Notes: generated from the sequence alone by a model not told the origin. Positions 31,550-43,841 are shown, numbered from the stretch's first letter. The stretch: DNA of 60,713 bases from Savitreella phatthalungensis (GCA_051599415.1 AP039691.1:682001-742713); one strand, 5' to 3'. Numbers and translations are program-made.

Positions 31550-33257
31550 GCTCCTGTCTTCAGCGGGATCAAAGACGTCATTTATTGATTCCGTACACTG
31601 CATGGTCCACCAGGTCTGCCAAATTTGAAGCTCGAGCGCAATTGAAATCAACTGCTATTTGATCAATTGATTTCAATGCACTTCATTCTACAAATCACAT
31701 CAATTGGCCGCCCATTTGGATGCAAAGATGTCACGGCAGGCGCGGGAGCACACCGCATGCGAATCGTCGCCGGGTCCGCACACGCGTCAATATGCCACTG
31801 TCACATTAGCGGTTGCCATAACTCAGGTCGCAATCGCGACCGAACAGCCGCAACTGTGTGTCTATACGAGTCGTGGCCAAACGCCGCTTCGACAGGATGC
31901 AGCTCTGCTGTATTTCATAGTTTTCCTGATCTGACATCTTCGCGTTTGGATCATCTACCAACTCCTCAAGCCTCGAGATTGGCGTAGAACGCCTCATTCA
32001 CACTGACATGTGTCGTTCCGACTAAAGCTCTACAATCTCAGCATGGCACATGCGGCTGAGAGTGGCTGATTCAGGAGCTGGAATACCTGAATACCTATAG
32101 TATATAGAATTGTACAACGTATTCCGGCTGAATGGCGAAAGGCATGAAGTCCGTATCGCGCCTATGGTAGCCTCCCTGGCTGCATCCATTGGGCTCGATC
32201 GAACACCTGCTGGATGCTCGATGCATGGACGAGGGATCGGAGAAATCTGAGAGTCCTGTTCGAGGAGTACGAGCAGCCTGGCGTGGTTCAATAGGCCCAA
32301 AATCGTTCGGAGCTTTGGGCTAGGGCGTATGCGCAAGCGGCCGGGGCAGTGGTATGGTCTTCCATGCAGAAATGATAACCCCTCTGCGTCGTATGAAATC
32401 AAGCCAACCTGTAGTAAATTGAAGCACAACAAGGTTGGTGATTTTCGTGCAGTCTGTATCTGGCCTCGAGTGAACGGCAACGTTCAATGCTTAGAGAAAA
32501 AAAGTGCTGCCGATTATAGTTACAGGTGGTAAATGCGTAAATTATGGATGTGCAGGCGCCACGCGACTAATTCGTGAATACTTTTGCTTCGTAGAGCTTG
32601 TCGTGGGACGGGTCGCAGATATACGTTACCAAAGATAGTAACAAAAGATTTGCATCAAAACAACAGACCAGTTGGCGGAAAATGGGCTAAACCAGCTTGA
32701 TGATCGATTGGGCTGCCAAGCCATTCACCAGCATGCGCCTGCGTGCCTCTCAGCATGCTTGGCGAATCACAAAGGAGTATTTTGCGGAAATCGACGGCGA
32801 GGTACGTGCCTGGATTAGACAGGAATGTATCAAAGCTCAAGCGCTATTTTGATCCTCCCACCAGGCATTGAGCCAATCCTTCGCACAACTTTCACTCTGT
32901 CTCTAACGGGTGAGAAAGGTCCAATCAGCGCGCGAAATCGGAGTCGGTGATTTGAATTGCAACTTCTTGCTGCATACCCCTCCAGTGCTCAGCTTACCGT
33001 CTAGCTCTGGGGCGTCTACTCAGTGGGACACGCAATCCTCTGTTGGAGACACCCACACCCAACTCTGCCATCGACAGCAGCGTCTCCTCCTCCTTCCCTC
33101 CCCCTCCAAGGACAATTTATAACGGTCGGTCAGACATCCAGGACACCATCGTCAACAGACATCACAGTCTCCTCTAGTCGTCTCGCTCGCTCAGTCTCGT
33201 GCACGCATTTTATTCCGTTAGAGACAGGTCCTTTGAAATTTTCACTTGCTTATCAAC

Positions 33258-34499
33258 ATGCGATCCGTCGCAATCATCTCCGCCGTCGCCATCGGCGGCG
33301 TCTTTGCACAGTCTGCAAGTCGCTCTAGCAGCTCAGCTACGCGCACAGGAACCAATTCCGCCTGCACGCAGAACGTCTTCACCATCTCTAGCTCGTCTGA
33401 CCTGACGGCCATTCAAGGATGCCAGACCGTCTCCGGTACACTCAACATCTCCCCCTCAATCTCTCAAATCAATTTGGGCAGCATTCAGCAGCTCAACGGT
33501 GACCTCAACGTTATCAACAACGGCACCGGTAGCACAACTCTGGCCGCAACCACTCAGATCAGCGCACCATCTCTCCAGAGTATCTCTGGTACGCTGACCC
33601 TGACACAGCTGACTCAGCTGAACCAGCTCTCGATGCAGTCATTGACGAAGGTCGGCGGGCTTTCGCTCACCACCCTGCCTGTTTTGTCGACCCTCGGTTT
33701 CGGTGGCATCACGCAAGCTTCTTCCATCTCGATCTTCGATACACTGCTCTCGTCCCTCAACGGTCTTGACCTGCGTTCAGTTGACACTTTCATCGTCAGC
33801 CAAAACCGCTACATAACGGCCATCAGCCTGCCATCGCTTACCCAGGTTCGCACGGCGCTGACGATCTCTGCCAACGCGGAGCAGCTCGCAGTGTCCTTCC
33901 CGAAGCTCACTTCGGCCGGCAACTTCACTATTCAGAAGGTCGGCAACTTGTCGATCAACGCACTTTCAAATGTCACTGGAAGCATGGGCATTCAGCAAAA
34001 CTTCTTCGGCATCCTCCAGGCCAACAACCTCAGCTACGTGACCGGCGATCTTTTCATCACCAACAACACGCAGCTCACCAACGTCTCGATGCCAAACCTG
34101 CAGAGTGTCTCTGGCTTCCAGATCGCGAACAACTCTCAACTCGCGGACCTCAATTTCCCCAGCCTGCAGACAGTCGCAGGTGCAGTCGACTTCACTGGCA
34201 CCTTCTCCACCATCGAAGTTCCGGCGCTTAAGGACGTTCGCGGCGGAGCCAATGTGCAAACCACTTCCAGCTCTTTCTCCTGCCCCTCACAATTCAAATC
34301 TGGCTCTGGTGTTGTCAAGGGTACCATCCAGGCATGCAAGGGCTCCGTCAGCTCGCCAACAAAGGGAAACACGACTTCAGGCGGCTCAAGCGGTACGTCT
34401 TCTGGATCTTCGAGCACCACAAGCTCGCGTTCTGGCTCTGAGCAGCTCACCGCATCCATCGCCGCGGGTATGCTTGGACTTGTCGCCTTCATCCTCTGA
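33258..34499 (+). CDS. ECM33: Ecm33/Pst1 family GPI-anchored cell-wall protein
   Basis: Signal peptide, receptor-L-like 'P-x-L-x-x-V-x-G' repeats, LKDVRGG..C motif, Ser-rich linker and GPI signal. Confidence 0.9.
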   Translation: MRSVAIISAVAIGGVFAQSASRSSSSATRTGTNSACTQNVFTISSSSDLTAIQGCQTVSGTLNISPSISQINLGSIQQLNGDLNVINNGTGSTTLAATTQISAPSLQSISGTLTLTQLTQLNQLSMQSLTKVGGLSLTTLPVLSTLGFGGITQASSISIFDTLLSSLNGLDLRSVDTFIVSQNRYITAISLPSLTQVRTALTISANAEQLAVSFPKLTSAGNFTIQKVGNLSINALSNVTGSMGIQQNFFGILQANNLSYVTGDLFITNNTQLTNVSMPNLQSVSGFQIANNSQLADLNFPSLQTVAGAVDFTGTFSTIEVPALKDVRGGANVQTTSSSFSCPSQFKSGSGVVKGTIQACKGSVSSPTKGNTTSGGSSGTSSGSSSTTSSRSGSEQLTASIAAGMLGLVAFIL

Positions 34500-34989
34500 A
34501 TCGGTTCTTGCACAGCGACAGACATGACTGTCACACGACGCTCCCACCTTTTTGGACTTAGAGATCCACATCATCACTATTACCTAGATTCCTCTTACAG
34601 ACTCGCTAATGTGCGCATAATCCGAGCACCCCCTTCGAGCGCCCTTTTCTGCGCGAGATGGTTTCTGATTCTATCCATTCCGACCACAATCACCTCTTCC
34701 AGTCTAGTTCATCCGTAGGCAGAATGAAAACAGCATTCATACAGAACATCATGAGCGCCTGATTTCTTCACAAGATCTTCATCAGAGAATCGCTGTGTTG
34801 CTGGCAAGCGCGGGCATATGACCAAAGGCACTGAGCCCATGACGCCTGCGCGAGGACTCCAGGCCGCTAGCTCAAATTGTTGAGCCCGACATCCCATCGT
34901 ACGAGCTTTCGAGGCCACTCGTGTGCATCCAGATCTGGATTCGGGTTCAACTCTCATCATGTCAAATGTGGCCTCTAAAAGCTGTGGGC

Positions 34990-35027
34990 TGTGGCATGTG
35001 GCATGTGGCATGTGGCACGGTGTGGCA
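34990..35027. repeat. Tandem heptamer (TGTGGCA)x4 plus one spaced copy
   Basis: Direct reading of the sequence. Confidence 0.85.
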
Positions 35028-35342
35028 CATGTGAATCGAGGCACTCTTGAGCCACAACGCTCGAGCCACCAGTTTGCGACTCTTGCAGCTACTAACCTCT
35101 TTCCCGTCCAAGGAGCCACAGTGTTCGGGTCACCTGCTATCATTGGCGAACACTCTACACGTTGTTCCGTGGGGAATCACGTTGACAGTGATGCATATCT
35201 AGTGTACGCAGAAGCGACTCGAGAGTCGACGGTGGAACAACATTTTACATTCGACCTCAACAGTTGAGGCTTCGTTGCGATCGAGAGGCGTCGTCGCATA
35301 AGGAGCCTAAGCCCAAGCGGTGTTCGCAGGCCATAGTACACC

Positions 35343-35582
35343 ATGGCTCGAGGCAATCAGCGTGACAAGGCACGGGAAAAGGCCCAGAAGAAAGCCAACG
35401 ACGCAACAAAGGGACAGCGGAAGGACGGTCTCTCGTACAAGAAGTTTCAAGAGCAGAACGCTGAGGTAAGAGAGCCCCATGCCCGATGCGTCAAAAAACT
35501 AATGGTTGGATAGATCATGCGCAAAAAACAAGCCGACGCAGATGCTAAACGAGCTGCCGCCGCTTTGCAACCATCAGCATAG
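35343..35582 (+). CDS. SERF/4F5 family small EDRK-rich factor; exons 35343-35465 and 35514-35582
   Basis: MARGNQRDKAREKAQKK...NAEIMRKKQ after removing a 48-nt GTAAGA..CTAAT..TAG intron. Confidence 0.92.
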
Positions 35583-35630
35583 GGACGAGCTCCCGCGCGG
35601 TGTCTATTAGGAACGGATTTCAATGGATTG

Positions 35631-36647
35631 CTACCAGTCTTCGCTTTTGTCGAAGCCCTTGGATCGGCCACCTCGCGCATACCACTGAACCTCAGTGTCG
35701 TCTTTGGGATCGTGCCAGAGCTTTGGTTGATGCAGCTTTGCCTCGGGCACAACGCTCGCTCGATGGCGATTGTTGAAAACTGTCCACGATGGTAGCTTGA
35801 CTGATGACCGATTGTTACGGTGGTTGCCGGGCTCCTCCCGAGAGAATAGACCATCGCTGACCTGCGACTGATGTTCGACGACCGCACTTCGGGGTGCCTC
35901 GGCCCTCGTATCGTGGCCTGTAACACTTGGAACGCGATCCCATTGACTAGCTTGCTTGCCATGCCTCTGCAGCCCGTTGTTGAATTCTAACAAGCGAGGT
36001 CTTTCCGAGGATTGTCCTGTATCCACGCTCGACTGAAGCCTCCGCTCATCTACAGATTTTTCGGGAAGCATGAGCAAATTGCTGTTCATCCGCGCGGCGC
36101 GAACCTCGTCGGTTTCGACTGCCAGTCGCACCGGCGCGTCCAGTGTACTCCAAGCAGGTCTTTCTACAGCACTTGGCTTTTCAGCAATCGGTGTCGCTGA
36201 AGCTTTGGTCTCTGATGCTTCTCTCTTACGAGTGCTTACAAGATCGACATCATGTGATGGTTGAGGAGTCGACATGAGCATTTGTGTGTGCGGAGGCGAT
36301 CTCGGCAGCAAGATAACCTGCTGGTTCAGCAGCGAAGATATCGACGACGAATCCGATGAACCGCTAAGATAGCCACTCACGACGTCCGCAGCCGCTCGTA
36401 ATTGACCCTGACGCCGGTTCAGATGGACGTGCGGTCTCAGCTGAGGACTACCGTCGATAGTCACATCGACCTGGGACGCGATGTTGCGATGAGGCCGAGG
36501 CGGAATTTTGCTCGCAGTAGTCTGTTCGTAGCGCTGCTTACCAGGCGAAGCTTTCTGCACTGCTGATTGACCCCGAGAGTTTTCTGAGCTCATCGAAGGT
36601 GGTGTTTGCCGATGTTCAGATTTCTTTGCCCGCGTAAAGAGACGCAT
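35631..36647 (-). CDS. Hypothetical protein, largely disordered
   Basis: 338-aa ATG ORF filling the space between two genes; no recognised motif. Confidence 0.6.
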   Translation of the reverse strand: MRLFTRAKKSEHRQTPPSMSSENSRGQSAVQKASPGKQRYEQTTASKIPPRPHRNIASQVDVTIDGSPQLRPHVHLNRRQGQLRAAADVVSGYLSGSSDSSSISSLLNQQVILLPRSPPHTQMLMSTPQPSHDVDLVSTRKREASETKASATPIAEKPSAVERPAWSTLDAPVRLAVETDEVRAARMNSNLLMLPEKSVDERRLQSSVDTGQSSERPRLLEFNNGLQRHGKQASQWDRVPSVTGHDTRAEAPRSAVVEHQSQVSDGLFSREEPGNHRNNRSSVKLPSWTVFNNRHRASVVPEAKLHQPKLWHDPKDDTEVQWYARGGRSKGFDKSEDW

Positions 36648-36745
36648 GGAATCGGTTCTTACACATGAGAAAGCTGCGTGATATGTATTTCAGACGCAGA
36701 AGTTGCGCGGGATTCTGTGACGACGACTGTACCGTCTACCGAGTT

Positions 36746-39244
36746 TCAGGGTAGCTCAGCCAGCAAGGCATCATACCAAGGGGCATAAGTACGATAATTC
36801 AATGCGAAGAGATCAGTCGTCGCGCTGGTCAGTGAATGCCATTCCGTCTGGACATCCTGCAGCCCGTCCGGGACATCCACAGCTGTTCCATTGCGCTCGC
36901 CACTGATAGTCCGAGAAACTGCGTCGGCCATTGTCGCATGACATCTGTCGCTCAAAAGACGCATCACGGCGCTGTTGCCGCTCTCCTTCCTGGTCAGCAT
37001 GTTGCGCAGCAGAGCGAATTTCGTCTTGCGCGTAATCTCTGGTATCTCTGTGGCGTGCCTGTCCATGTGACTATTGATCTCGACCACAAGATCGTCAATC
37101 GTGCTACCGGCGGCTAGCAGTACCAGAAGTCGGTCCTTCAGCGAGTTCCAGACTGCCTTCGTCATTCTGGGAGATTCTGAGCTTATAATTGCCCTCGTGA
37201 TCGTGAGTGCCGAAGCTGCTGTAATGATATGTTGAGTGCGGTGCGCGTATTGCACAACGCGTTCGCGGTCGAGATGCAGTAGCTCAGGGAGGCTGGCATC
37301 CTTGAGCAACATCATGTACGCCTGAGCTAGCCGATGGATGCCGGAAGTTCCTGTCAACTCTCCATGGGAGAGCCACTTACGCGTCTTGAGCAGCGATGCT
37401 TTGTCCTTCGCGAGGTCAGCAGCGAAAGCACCTCGTTCATACGCAATAGCTTCCGGGATGAGCTTCGGCGCCGCGAGGCGAATGTGGAAATTGACCGAGT
37501 CCAGCATCAGCGTTTCGAGGACATCCAAGATGGACTGCACACGAAGAGAGAATGCCTCATATCGATTTGTCGCAGAGATATCATCGAGCTTTCGCACTGC
37601 TGAATCGCGATGCGGCGCACAAAGTGACTTCATCATGGTTATGATGAGCGCGGTAAAAGCATCGAGGTCAAAGCTGCAGCTACGGCACTGAAGCTCGATA
37701 TCGACAAGGTCGAATGTCGTGGAGATCGATTTGAATGTTGCACTGTCCGGCATGACCAGGCGGAGCAAACACATCTTGCATTCCAGCACGACAGCGGGTA
37801 CCAGTTGTGTCCAATGTCCCATTTGCAACTCGCAGATCAGCAGATCGAAAAAGGCGTTGCGCGCCTCTTTTTCCTCTCCATTCCTCTCTGGCGGCTGTAA
37901 TTGATATGCTGGATCGAGGGCTAGCTCATGAATAAGCCGGCGATTGGACAGCTGAACTGGACTCTTCGAAAGGCTGAAGCTCTTTGACTGTGGAAGTCTG
38001 CGAAGTCGCGCCTCAGTCAAAGCTTTCTTGACGAGTCCTGAAGCTTGGGAGCCGGAAAGACGGCGGATGCGAGCCAGTAGAAGGATCTTGTTGTGCTTGA
38101 TTCCGCTGTAATAGGCCTGCGTCACTGTCGCGTCAGCGTCGCGTTTGACAGCTTGCCAGATCAAGTCAAGCTCGACGAACTGCGCAAGCATCATCTTGAG
38201 CAGCTTTGATGAGTCAGCTGCTCTCCAGGTGTCAAAAGCAGAAGAAAATGCGAGAAAGGCGGATCGCAGCTCTTCCACATTCGACCTACCGTGCTCAATT
38301 GTGTCTGTCAACCAAAGATTCAACAGGAAAAATACTTCTTCGGCTTTCTTCAGTAGTTGCCTCTCTTCTGGTCCGTTGCTCGAGAACACGTCATCCGGCT
38401 TGCAGATGATCAGAATCGTGGTCAAAAAAATTCGCGCAACCGCCTCCTTTGCTCGCTGCGACGTCTCTGCAGCCGGGATGAGATCTGCATGCACAAGTAG
38501 CATGATCGTACATTCAATGACTGTTCTAGATGAAATCGCGTTCGCAACATCGCCGAAGGAGCTGACCGACAAAAGATCCGGTTCGAGGTGCAACTGGCGA
38601 AACTTACGCGCTCGCAAGCGACCACGACTACTCAGCCACCAGCTCTGAATGCGCCTAGCCGCAGATACCGCATCCAGCTTGGACGCTGCCGTCGATCGCC
38701 TCGGCCCTAGCGAGCGTCGGGCAATCGCCTCGTTCCGTCGTTCTTCTGCACGTCTGAGTTTCTGCTGGATTGCTTGGAGCTTGACAGCAGCCTCCCGTCG
38801 GCGTATTTCCTTCTGCCGCTGAGCAATGCATCGAGCTTTTCTGACCTCTTTCGAGCCTTTCTCTGCTATTCCGAGCTGTATTCTTTGGCGCGCTGCCTGT
38901 GCTGCTAACGAAGAGTCCGTCAGCGCCTGGAGCTTCTCCGGGCCAGTGACATCGGCCCCCCTCCGGCACGCTCGGACTTCATCAAGGTGATCCCTCCGTT
39001 GTAGCAGCCTTTGCACGCGCGCTTTCAGGAAAGTCTCGCGTCTCAGTAGTGTACACGCATATTGCCGCTCCGGGCGACTGCTCCTGTTGCGTTCAAGTAG
39101 ACGGGCATGCAGATCTGGAGGTGGAGATCTGCATCTTCCCTCTGCGAAGGCCAGAAACATCTTTCTTTGTTTGGTAGAATGACAGACGCGGTCGTCACGA
39201 TCCAGGTCGCAAGAACCTTTCACTCTCGTGAGCAGCGCTCTCAT
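36746..39244 (-). CDS. T-complex 11 (Sok1/TCP11) domain protein with IQ motif
   Basis: IQ motif AARRIQSWW; TCP11 features NRRLIHELALDP, LCAPHRD, MLDSVNF, YERGAF and LPELLHLD. Confidence 0.82.
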   Translation of the reverse strand: MRALLTRVKGSCDLDRDDRVCHSTKQRKMFLAFAEGRCRSPPPDLHARLLERNRSSRPERQYACTLLRRETFLKARVQRLLQRRDHLDEVRACRRGADVTGPEKLQALTDSSLAAQAARQRIQLGIAEKGSKEVRKARCIAQRQKEIRRREAAVKLQAIQQKLRRAEERRNEAIARRSLGPRRSTAASKLDAVSAARRIQSWWLSSRGRLRARKFRQLHLEPDLLSVSSFGDVANAISSRTVIECTIMLLVHADLIPAAETSQRAKEAVARIFLTTILIICKPDDVFSSNGPEERQLLKKAEEVFFLLNLWLTDTIEHGRSNVEELRSAFLAFSSAFDTWRAADSSKLLKMMLAQFVELDLIWQAVKRDADATVTQAYYSGIKHNKILLLARIRRLSGSQASGLVKKALTEARLRRLPQSKSFSLSKSPVQLSNRRLIHELALDPAYQLQPPERNGEEKEARNAFFDLLICELQMGHWTQLVPAVVLECKMCLLRLVMPDSATFKSISTTFDLVDIELQCRSCSFDLDAFTALIITMMKSLCAPHRDSAVRKLDDISATNRYEAFSLRVQSILDVLETLMLDSVNFHIRLAAPKLIPEAIAYERGAFAADLAKDKASLLKTRKWLSHGELTGTSGIHRLAQAYMMLLKDASLPELLHLDRERVVQYAHRTQHIITAASALTITRAIISSESPRMTKAVWNSLKDRLLVLLAAGSTIDDLVVEINSHMDRHATEIPEITRKTKFALLRNMLTRKESGNSAVMRLLSDRCHATMADAVSRTISGERNGTAVDVPDGLQDVQTEWHSLTSATTDLFALNYRTYAPWYDALLAELP

Positions 39245-39580
39245 GTATTTAAGCGACACCGCATGCGATGAATGACTTCGCTGCGGGGATCATTGCGGGT
39301 GACGTCTTGCGCGGTCCGTCCTGCTCGTGTAGATCCTGCATCCTGCATCTACCAAAATGCATACACCATCGCTACATTGATTCATTGATTGATAAGATTT
39401 CGGTACACCAGCCATCCACCCGAAAGAGGACAGCTAAATTCAATTGGTACGCGCACCTGCCATGCCCATCGATTCCAGCATTTCAAGCTAGTACGATGAA
39501 CTATGGTCCCGCATACATGCATATAAAGAGACTTTCGTTGATCCACGATCCGAAATGCGGCTAAGACATTACTGAGGATT

Positions 39581-41164
39581 TCACATCAGGATGCACGATC
39601 GCGAATGACGTCTGCGCTCGCGACCGATGATGCGTGTAGACTCCTCATCAAAATCGAGTAGGCCCAAGTCGGCAGCTGTTGCACCAGCACGCATTGCTTC
39701 TTCACTTCCGTCCATCATGTACCGTGCCCAGGCGCGCTCGACCTCCCTCGCTGCAGCAATCTCGCCTCGAAGGATGCGTTTGGTGTGTCCATCGACCGGT
39801 CTTTGCCATCCGTAGAACGTTTTCAGCCGCGTCATGTGCTCAGGCCTTTGAGAATTGGCCGTCAAGATGGACAAGACGCCGGTCCAGGTCACATTTGGAC
39901 AGTCATAGATCGACAATCTCATGGCACACGGCTTCGCAGCGATTGCACTCAACACATTGTTTGAGATGCGAGTGTTGTCGCATTCCAGATGCGTCAGCTC
40001 CAAAGCTCCAATCAGGGCGAGAACGCCAGGGTCTCCAACATTTGGACAATGGGACACTTGGACATGCCGCAGCTTGAGACAATGACGCGCCAGACTGGAA
40101 AGGCAGCTATCCGTGATACGATTGTCCGACAAGTCGATGTGCGTCAGACTTGTCAAGTAAGGCGCCATGCAATCAATCGCATGATCTCGCAATTGATGGA
40201 ATCCTGCAAGTTCGAGCTTCTCGAGGTTCGGCGTCGTGCCCAGGAGATATCTGGTGAAGCTGCCATCGAGAAAGCGACATCGCGATAGATCTAGATGCAC
40301 CAATGGTCTCCTGACTCGCATTTCCGGAAAGGTCAAACCATACTCGTGCTTCCCATAGATCAGATCTTGAATCCATTCATCCCGCAGATCGACCGAGCCT
40401 GACATGCTCAGTCTCTGCAAATCACTCAATTCATTCAGTGAACGCATCGCTGGTCTCGTCAACCGGCATTCTGCGATTCTCAAATCGCGGAGGTTCGAAA
40501 GCCGTTTGATCGACGTGTCCAAGCACTGAGCAGATACATTACGGCAATAGTTGATATTCAATGCAACGAGGCCGGAGCAGCTCAGACAGAGGCTGGAGAG
40601 GAACGAGTCGTTGACAGCACTCAAGCCGCTCACGTCAAGTGCTTGTAATCGAGAGTTTTGACCGACGAGGCGAGCAAGACTGGCCGTCGTGAAGAAGCGA
40701 CAGCCTTCGAAGGAAGCATTTACAAGATTCGTCAACTGCACACTCGCAGTGTCGCGCAACTGGGTGCATCCCCGAAGGTTGAGGACTTGAACGAATGGAG
40801 CTGCACGATGAATTAGGCGAAGTAACTGGGCCTGGGATATGCGCGCATAGAATGAGCTCGTGTCGAGCGTCTGCCACAGCGTGCCGTTACTGACAATATC
40901 TCGGAGCTCCTGGTTGACTTGCATACAGCGCACCTTATCAGCCGTGCTGAGAAATGACAAAATGTGTGTTTTGACTTCAACAGGTAGATGTGCCCATAGC
41001 CAAGCTGCATCAATCAGGATCGGAGGCTTGGGTGCAAAGTAATCCTGCAGCTCATCTGCCGGAGTACCTACAGGAGTGTTGAGAGTCTGGGCGCGAGGCC
41101 GAGGAACGGACAGAAAGCCGCGCTGGGCATCCTCGCCGTGCAGCGGGATGGTCAACGATGCCAT
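39581..41164 (-). CDS. F-box/leucine-rich-repeat protein
   Basis: F-box LPVEVKTHILSFL..RCMQVN..W followed by cysteine-containing LRRs. Confidence 0.88.
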   Translation of the reverse strand: MASLTIPLHGEDAQRGFLSVPRPRAQTLNTPVGTPADELQDYFAPKPPILIDAAWLWAHLPVEVKTHILSFLSTADKVRCMQVNQELRDIVSNGTLWQTLDTSSFYARISQAQLLRLIHRAAPFVQVLNLRGCTQLRDTASVQLTNLVNASFEGCRFFTTASLARLVGQNSRLQALDVSGLSAVNDSFLSSLCLSCSGLVALNINYCRNVSAQCLDTSIKRLSNLRDLRIAECRLTRPAMRSLNELSDLQRLSMSGSVDLRDEWIQDLIYGKHEYGLTFPEMRVRRPLVHLDLSRCRFLDGSFTRYLLGTTPNLEKLELAGFHQLRDHAIDCMAPYLTSLTHIDLSDNRITDSCLSSLARHCLKLRHVQVSHCPNVGDPGVLALIGALELTHLECDNTRISNNVLSAIAAKPCAMRLSIYDCPNVTWTGVLSILTANSQRPEHMTRLKTFYGWQRPVDGHTKRILRGEIAAAREVERAWARYMMDGSEEAMRAGATAADLGLLDFDEESTRIIGRERRRHSRSCILM

Positions 41165-41344
41165 TGTCACATGTGGTGCTGGTGAGACGGCACTGGAGCA
41201 TCATAGCCTTCACATATCTTGCGTCATGGATCAGCTTTTCCAAACGGGCATAAGGAAAATTGATCACGAGAACTCATGTAAAAAGAGTTCACAAACAAGG
41301 GGAGTATACATTAGGTAACAAACGGCCGGCGGGTCGGCGCAAGA

Positions 41345-42286
41345 ATGTTGAGCGCGAGATGCATCGTCTTCGCATTGCTCTGGTCAGCGTGTCGGAGTCA
41401 GGACATCAACGGCGCGACGCTTGTTCAACAAGAGGCCGTCGCTAACAGCATTTCTCCAGTCGCGACTAAAGCGCTCGACATCCAAATTCCTTCTCAGATT
41501 GACTTGGCCGCGAACGTCGACCTGGGCACTACAGATAAGACAACGACGCCTACCGCTGAAAAGCTGGCGACAACGCCCGCAGCAAGCGGGAACGTGACAT
41601 CGCTTGGTCTGACCGCTGCACAAAGCATCACTGGCGGTTCGACCATCGCTCCGTCAACATCTAGCACGGCTCCGGAAGAAGGGTCGCCGAAGTCTACGAC
41701 GCCTCCGGATTCTTCAAGAGCATCCTCTGTGAACGAAAATGCATCGAGCGGCGTTCCCTCCTCGGGTCGTTCTTCCGCCATCCAGATGTCGTCTCTCTTG
41801 CCGATGACCTCGGTATCGAGCAGTCAACCTCCGGAGACAAGTGCGACTAGGTCAAATACGGTTGCAGCGTCCAATAGTCCCACTATTGTGGATGTCCTTG
41901 TGATGACTACGTATGTTGCGATGGGCTCTAGCTCAGTGCCAACAACGCTATCGCGCACTGTGATACGCGTTGGCACAATTACAGGATCTTCCATCGCGGA
42001 AATAACCGCGGCATTGAATGCAGCGAGTCAGAACAACTCCGATTCTGGTCTGAGCTCCACAAACAAGCGCATCATTATCGGCGTTGTTGCAGGGGTCGGC
42101 GGCACAGTGGTCCTTGCCGCATTCGCGTCGCTTCTGCATCGGCTCTTCCGGAAGCGCAAAGAACGGGTCACAGAGATAAGATTCGCAAGCAGCGCCCATT
42201 CGTCAGACGACGCACGGAAGTTCGAGGCAGACAAGCTCAACACACAGAAGACCAAAACCAAGATCGGCATCTCGCAGAACTTCTGA
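41345..42286 (+). CDS. Ser/Thr-rich type I membrane protein (Mid2/Mtl1-like sensor)
   Basis: Signal peptide, S/T-rich ectodomain, TM segment IIIGVVAGVGGTVVLAAFASLL, basic juxtamembrane RKRK. Confidence 0.75.
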   Translation: MLSARCIVFALLWSACRSQDINGATLVQQEAVANSISPVATKALDIQIPSQIDLAANVDLGTTDKTTTPTAEKLATTPAASGNVTSLGLTAAQSITGGSTIAPSTSSTAPEEGSPKSTTPPDSSRASSVNENASSGVPSSGRSSAIQMSSLLPMTSVSSSQPPETSATRSNTVAASNSPTIVDVLVMTTYVAMGSSSVPTTLSRTVIRVGTITGSSIAEITAALNAASQNNSDSGLSSTNKRIIIGVVAGVGGTVVLAAFASLLHRLFRKRKERVTEIRFASSAHSSDDARKFEADKLNTQKTKTKIGISQNF

Positions 42287-43263
42287 ACCTCATTCCATAA
42301 TGTCCCTGGAATGTCTTGCCGTAGGATGACAATATTACGTTCATGACACCGCCATCATCTCTGAACACATGCAATCAAAAACACCCTGAACATCTTGAAT
42401 GATGCTTGTTGCGTCAGTGCCCGCAGACACACAAATCTCGAGGATCGCAAGGAGGAATCCCAACGCGAGTCCCTGAACCACGTTGGTCACATTCGAGTGG
42501 GCAAGCAGCAAGCTTGAGGCCCATCCTGCGTTTGCGAACTGGGAAAGTCCCCCAATTAGGTTTGAAGCGTAGCATATATTGAGTTTGAGCACAATGCATA
42601 TTCACATTCGAGCCAACCTGCTTAAACTCACCCTCTAGTTACTGTCGGAAGTGTATGTAATCAAGATGTCTGACTCGTCGATTAGACACTCCGTTGTATT
42701 TCTATTCAATCATCCGTATTGATCGATCGATCAGTCCATTGACACACTGGTGTTGGCGCCAGTACATCATGAGCGATACGCAACGTGATTGGCAGCTGAG
42801 GTGTGGATCTCGATGGACGTGAGGCAGGTACCTCTCTCGGTGGAGAATCAAGTCCGAGTGATTCGATTGAATGCATGAAAACTACAAAACATCGCACTCT
42901 TAAGCGCTGGAGATGATAAATCGCGGATGAACCACATCGATGCACAACTGAAATCTCCTTTGGTGGCATAATTCATCTCAAATATAAATTAGAATAGGCA
43001 TGTGCACGGTGAAAGATTCAATCAGGCGTGAGAAACTGTTCATCCAGAATTTCCTGAAACCATCACGGGTTCGGATTGACCGTGAACCCCTACGCTGCCC
43101 CTAACGGAGATCCTGCAAACGCAGCCAGGGCTACGCTGCGGTGGAACGGAGGCTCCGCATGCACGTCGCAGGCGCACAAGACAATGATGGCCTGTGGTGT
43201 TTCGAAAGGTTATACTACTTGCCGCTTTTCAGCTTAAACTGCTTGTAGCACAACCCCTCGACA

Positions 43264-43590
43264 ATGTCCGCCGAACTCGCCGTTTCGTACGCAGCCCTGA
43301 TCCTCGCTGACGAGGGTGTCGAGATCACCTCCGACAAGCTCATCAGCCTGACACAGGCTGCAAAGGTCGAGGTCGAACCTATCTGGGCCTCTCTCTTCGC
43401 CAAGGCGCTGCAGGGCAAGGATGTAAAGGACCTCCTGCTCAACGTCGGTGGCGGTGGTGCCGCCCCGGCCGCAGCTGCAGCCCCAGCCGCTGGTGGTGCC
43501 GCTGCTCCTGCTGCAGAGGAGAAGAAGGAGGAGAAGGCAGAAGAGAAGGAGGAGTCTGACGACGACATGGGCTTCGGTCTCTTCGATTAA
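43264..43590 (+). CDS. RPP1: 60S acidic ribosomal protein P1
   Basis: [26 protein letters not shown] and C-terminal [13 protein letters not shown]. Confidence 0.97.
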   Translation: MSAELAVSYAALILADEGVEITSDKLISLTQAAKVEVEPIWASLFAKALQGKDVKDLLLNVGGGGAAPAAAAAPAAGGAAAPAAEEKKEEKAEEKEESDDDMGFGLFD

Positions 43591-43841
43591 GCCGGTACTT
43601 CGTCGCTTTACGATCACGACGTATACAGAATCTATGCACTTCTCCCAACCACAATAGCGCTCATCCTTGTTTGTCTCGCGGTCCACGTGTAATGGTGTTG
43701 AGGGCATATATGTGCGCAGTCTTGACTTTGTCACTCCGCGTCTCTACTTCCCCTGGAAATCCTAATGCACATTGTAGCTCGTATTCTAAATCGCGAGAAA
43801 ACTTACATGAGCAACTATCTTTACTGCTCGGCCACTTGAGC

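Noticed and set aside
31641..31677. 11-bp inverted repeat ATTGAAATCAA/TTGATTTCAAT
   Set aside because: Too short and AT-rich; no target-site duplication or element body.
42541..42552. GGGAAAGTCCCC resembling RNase MRP CR-I
   Set aside because: No downstream GGGGCT CR-V partner; likely chance.
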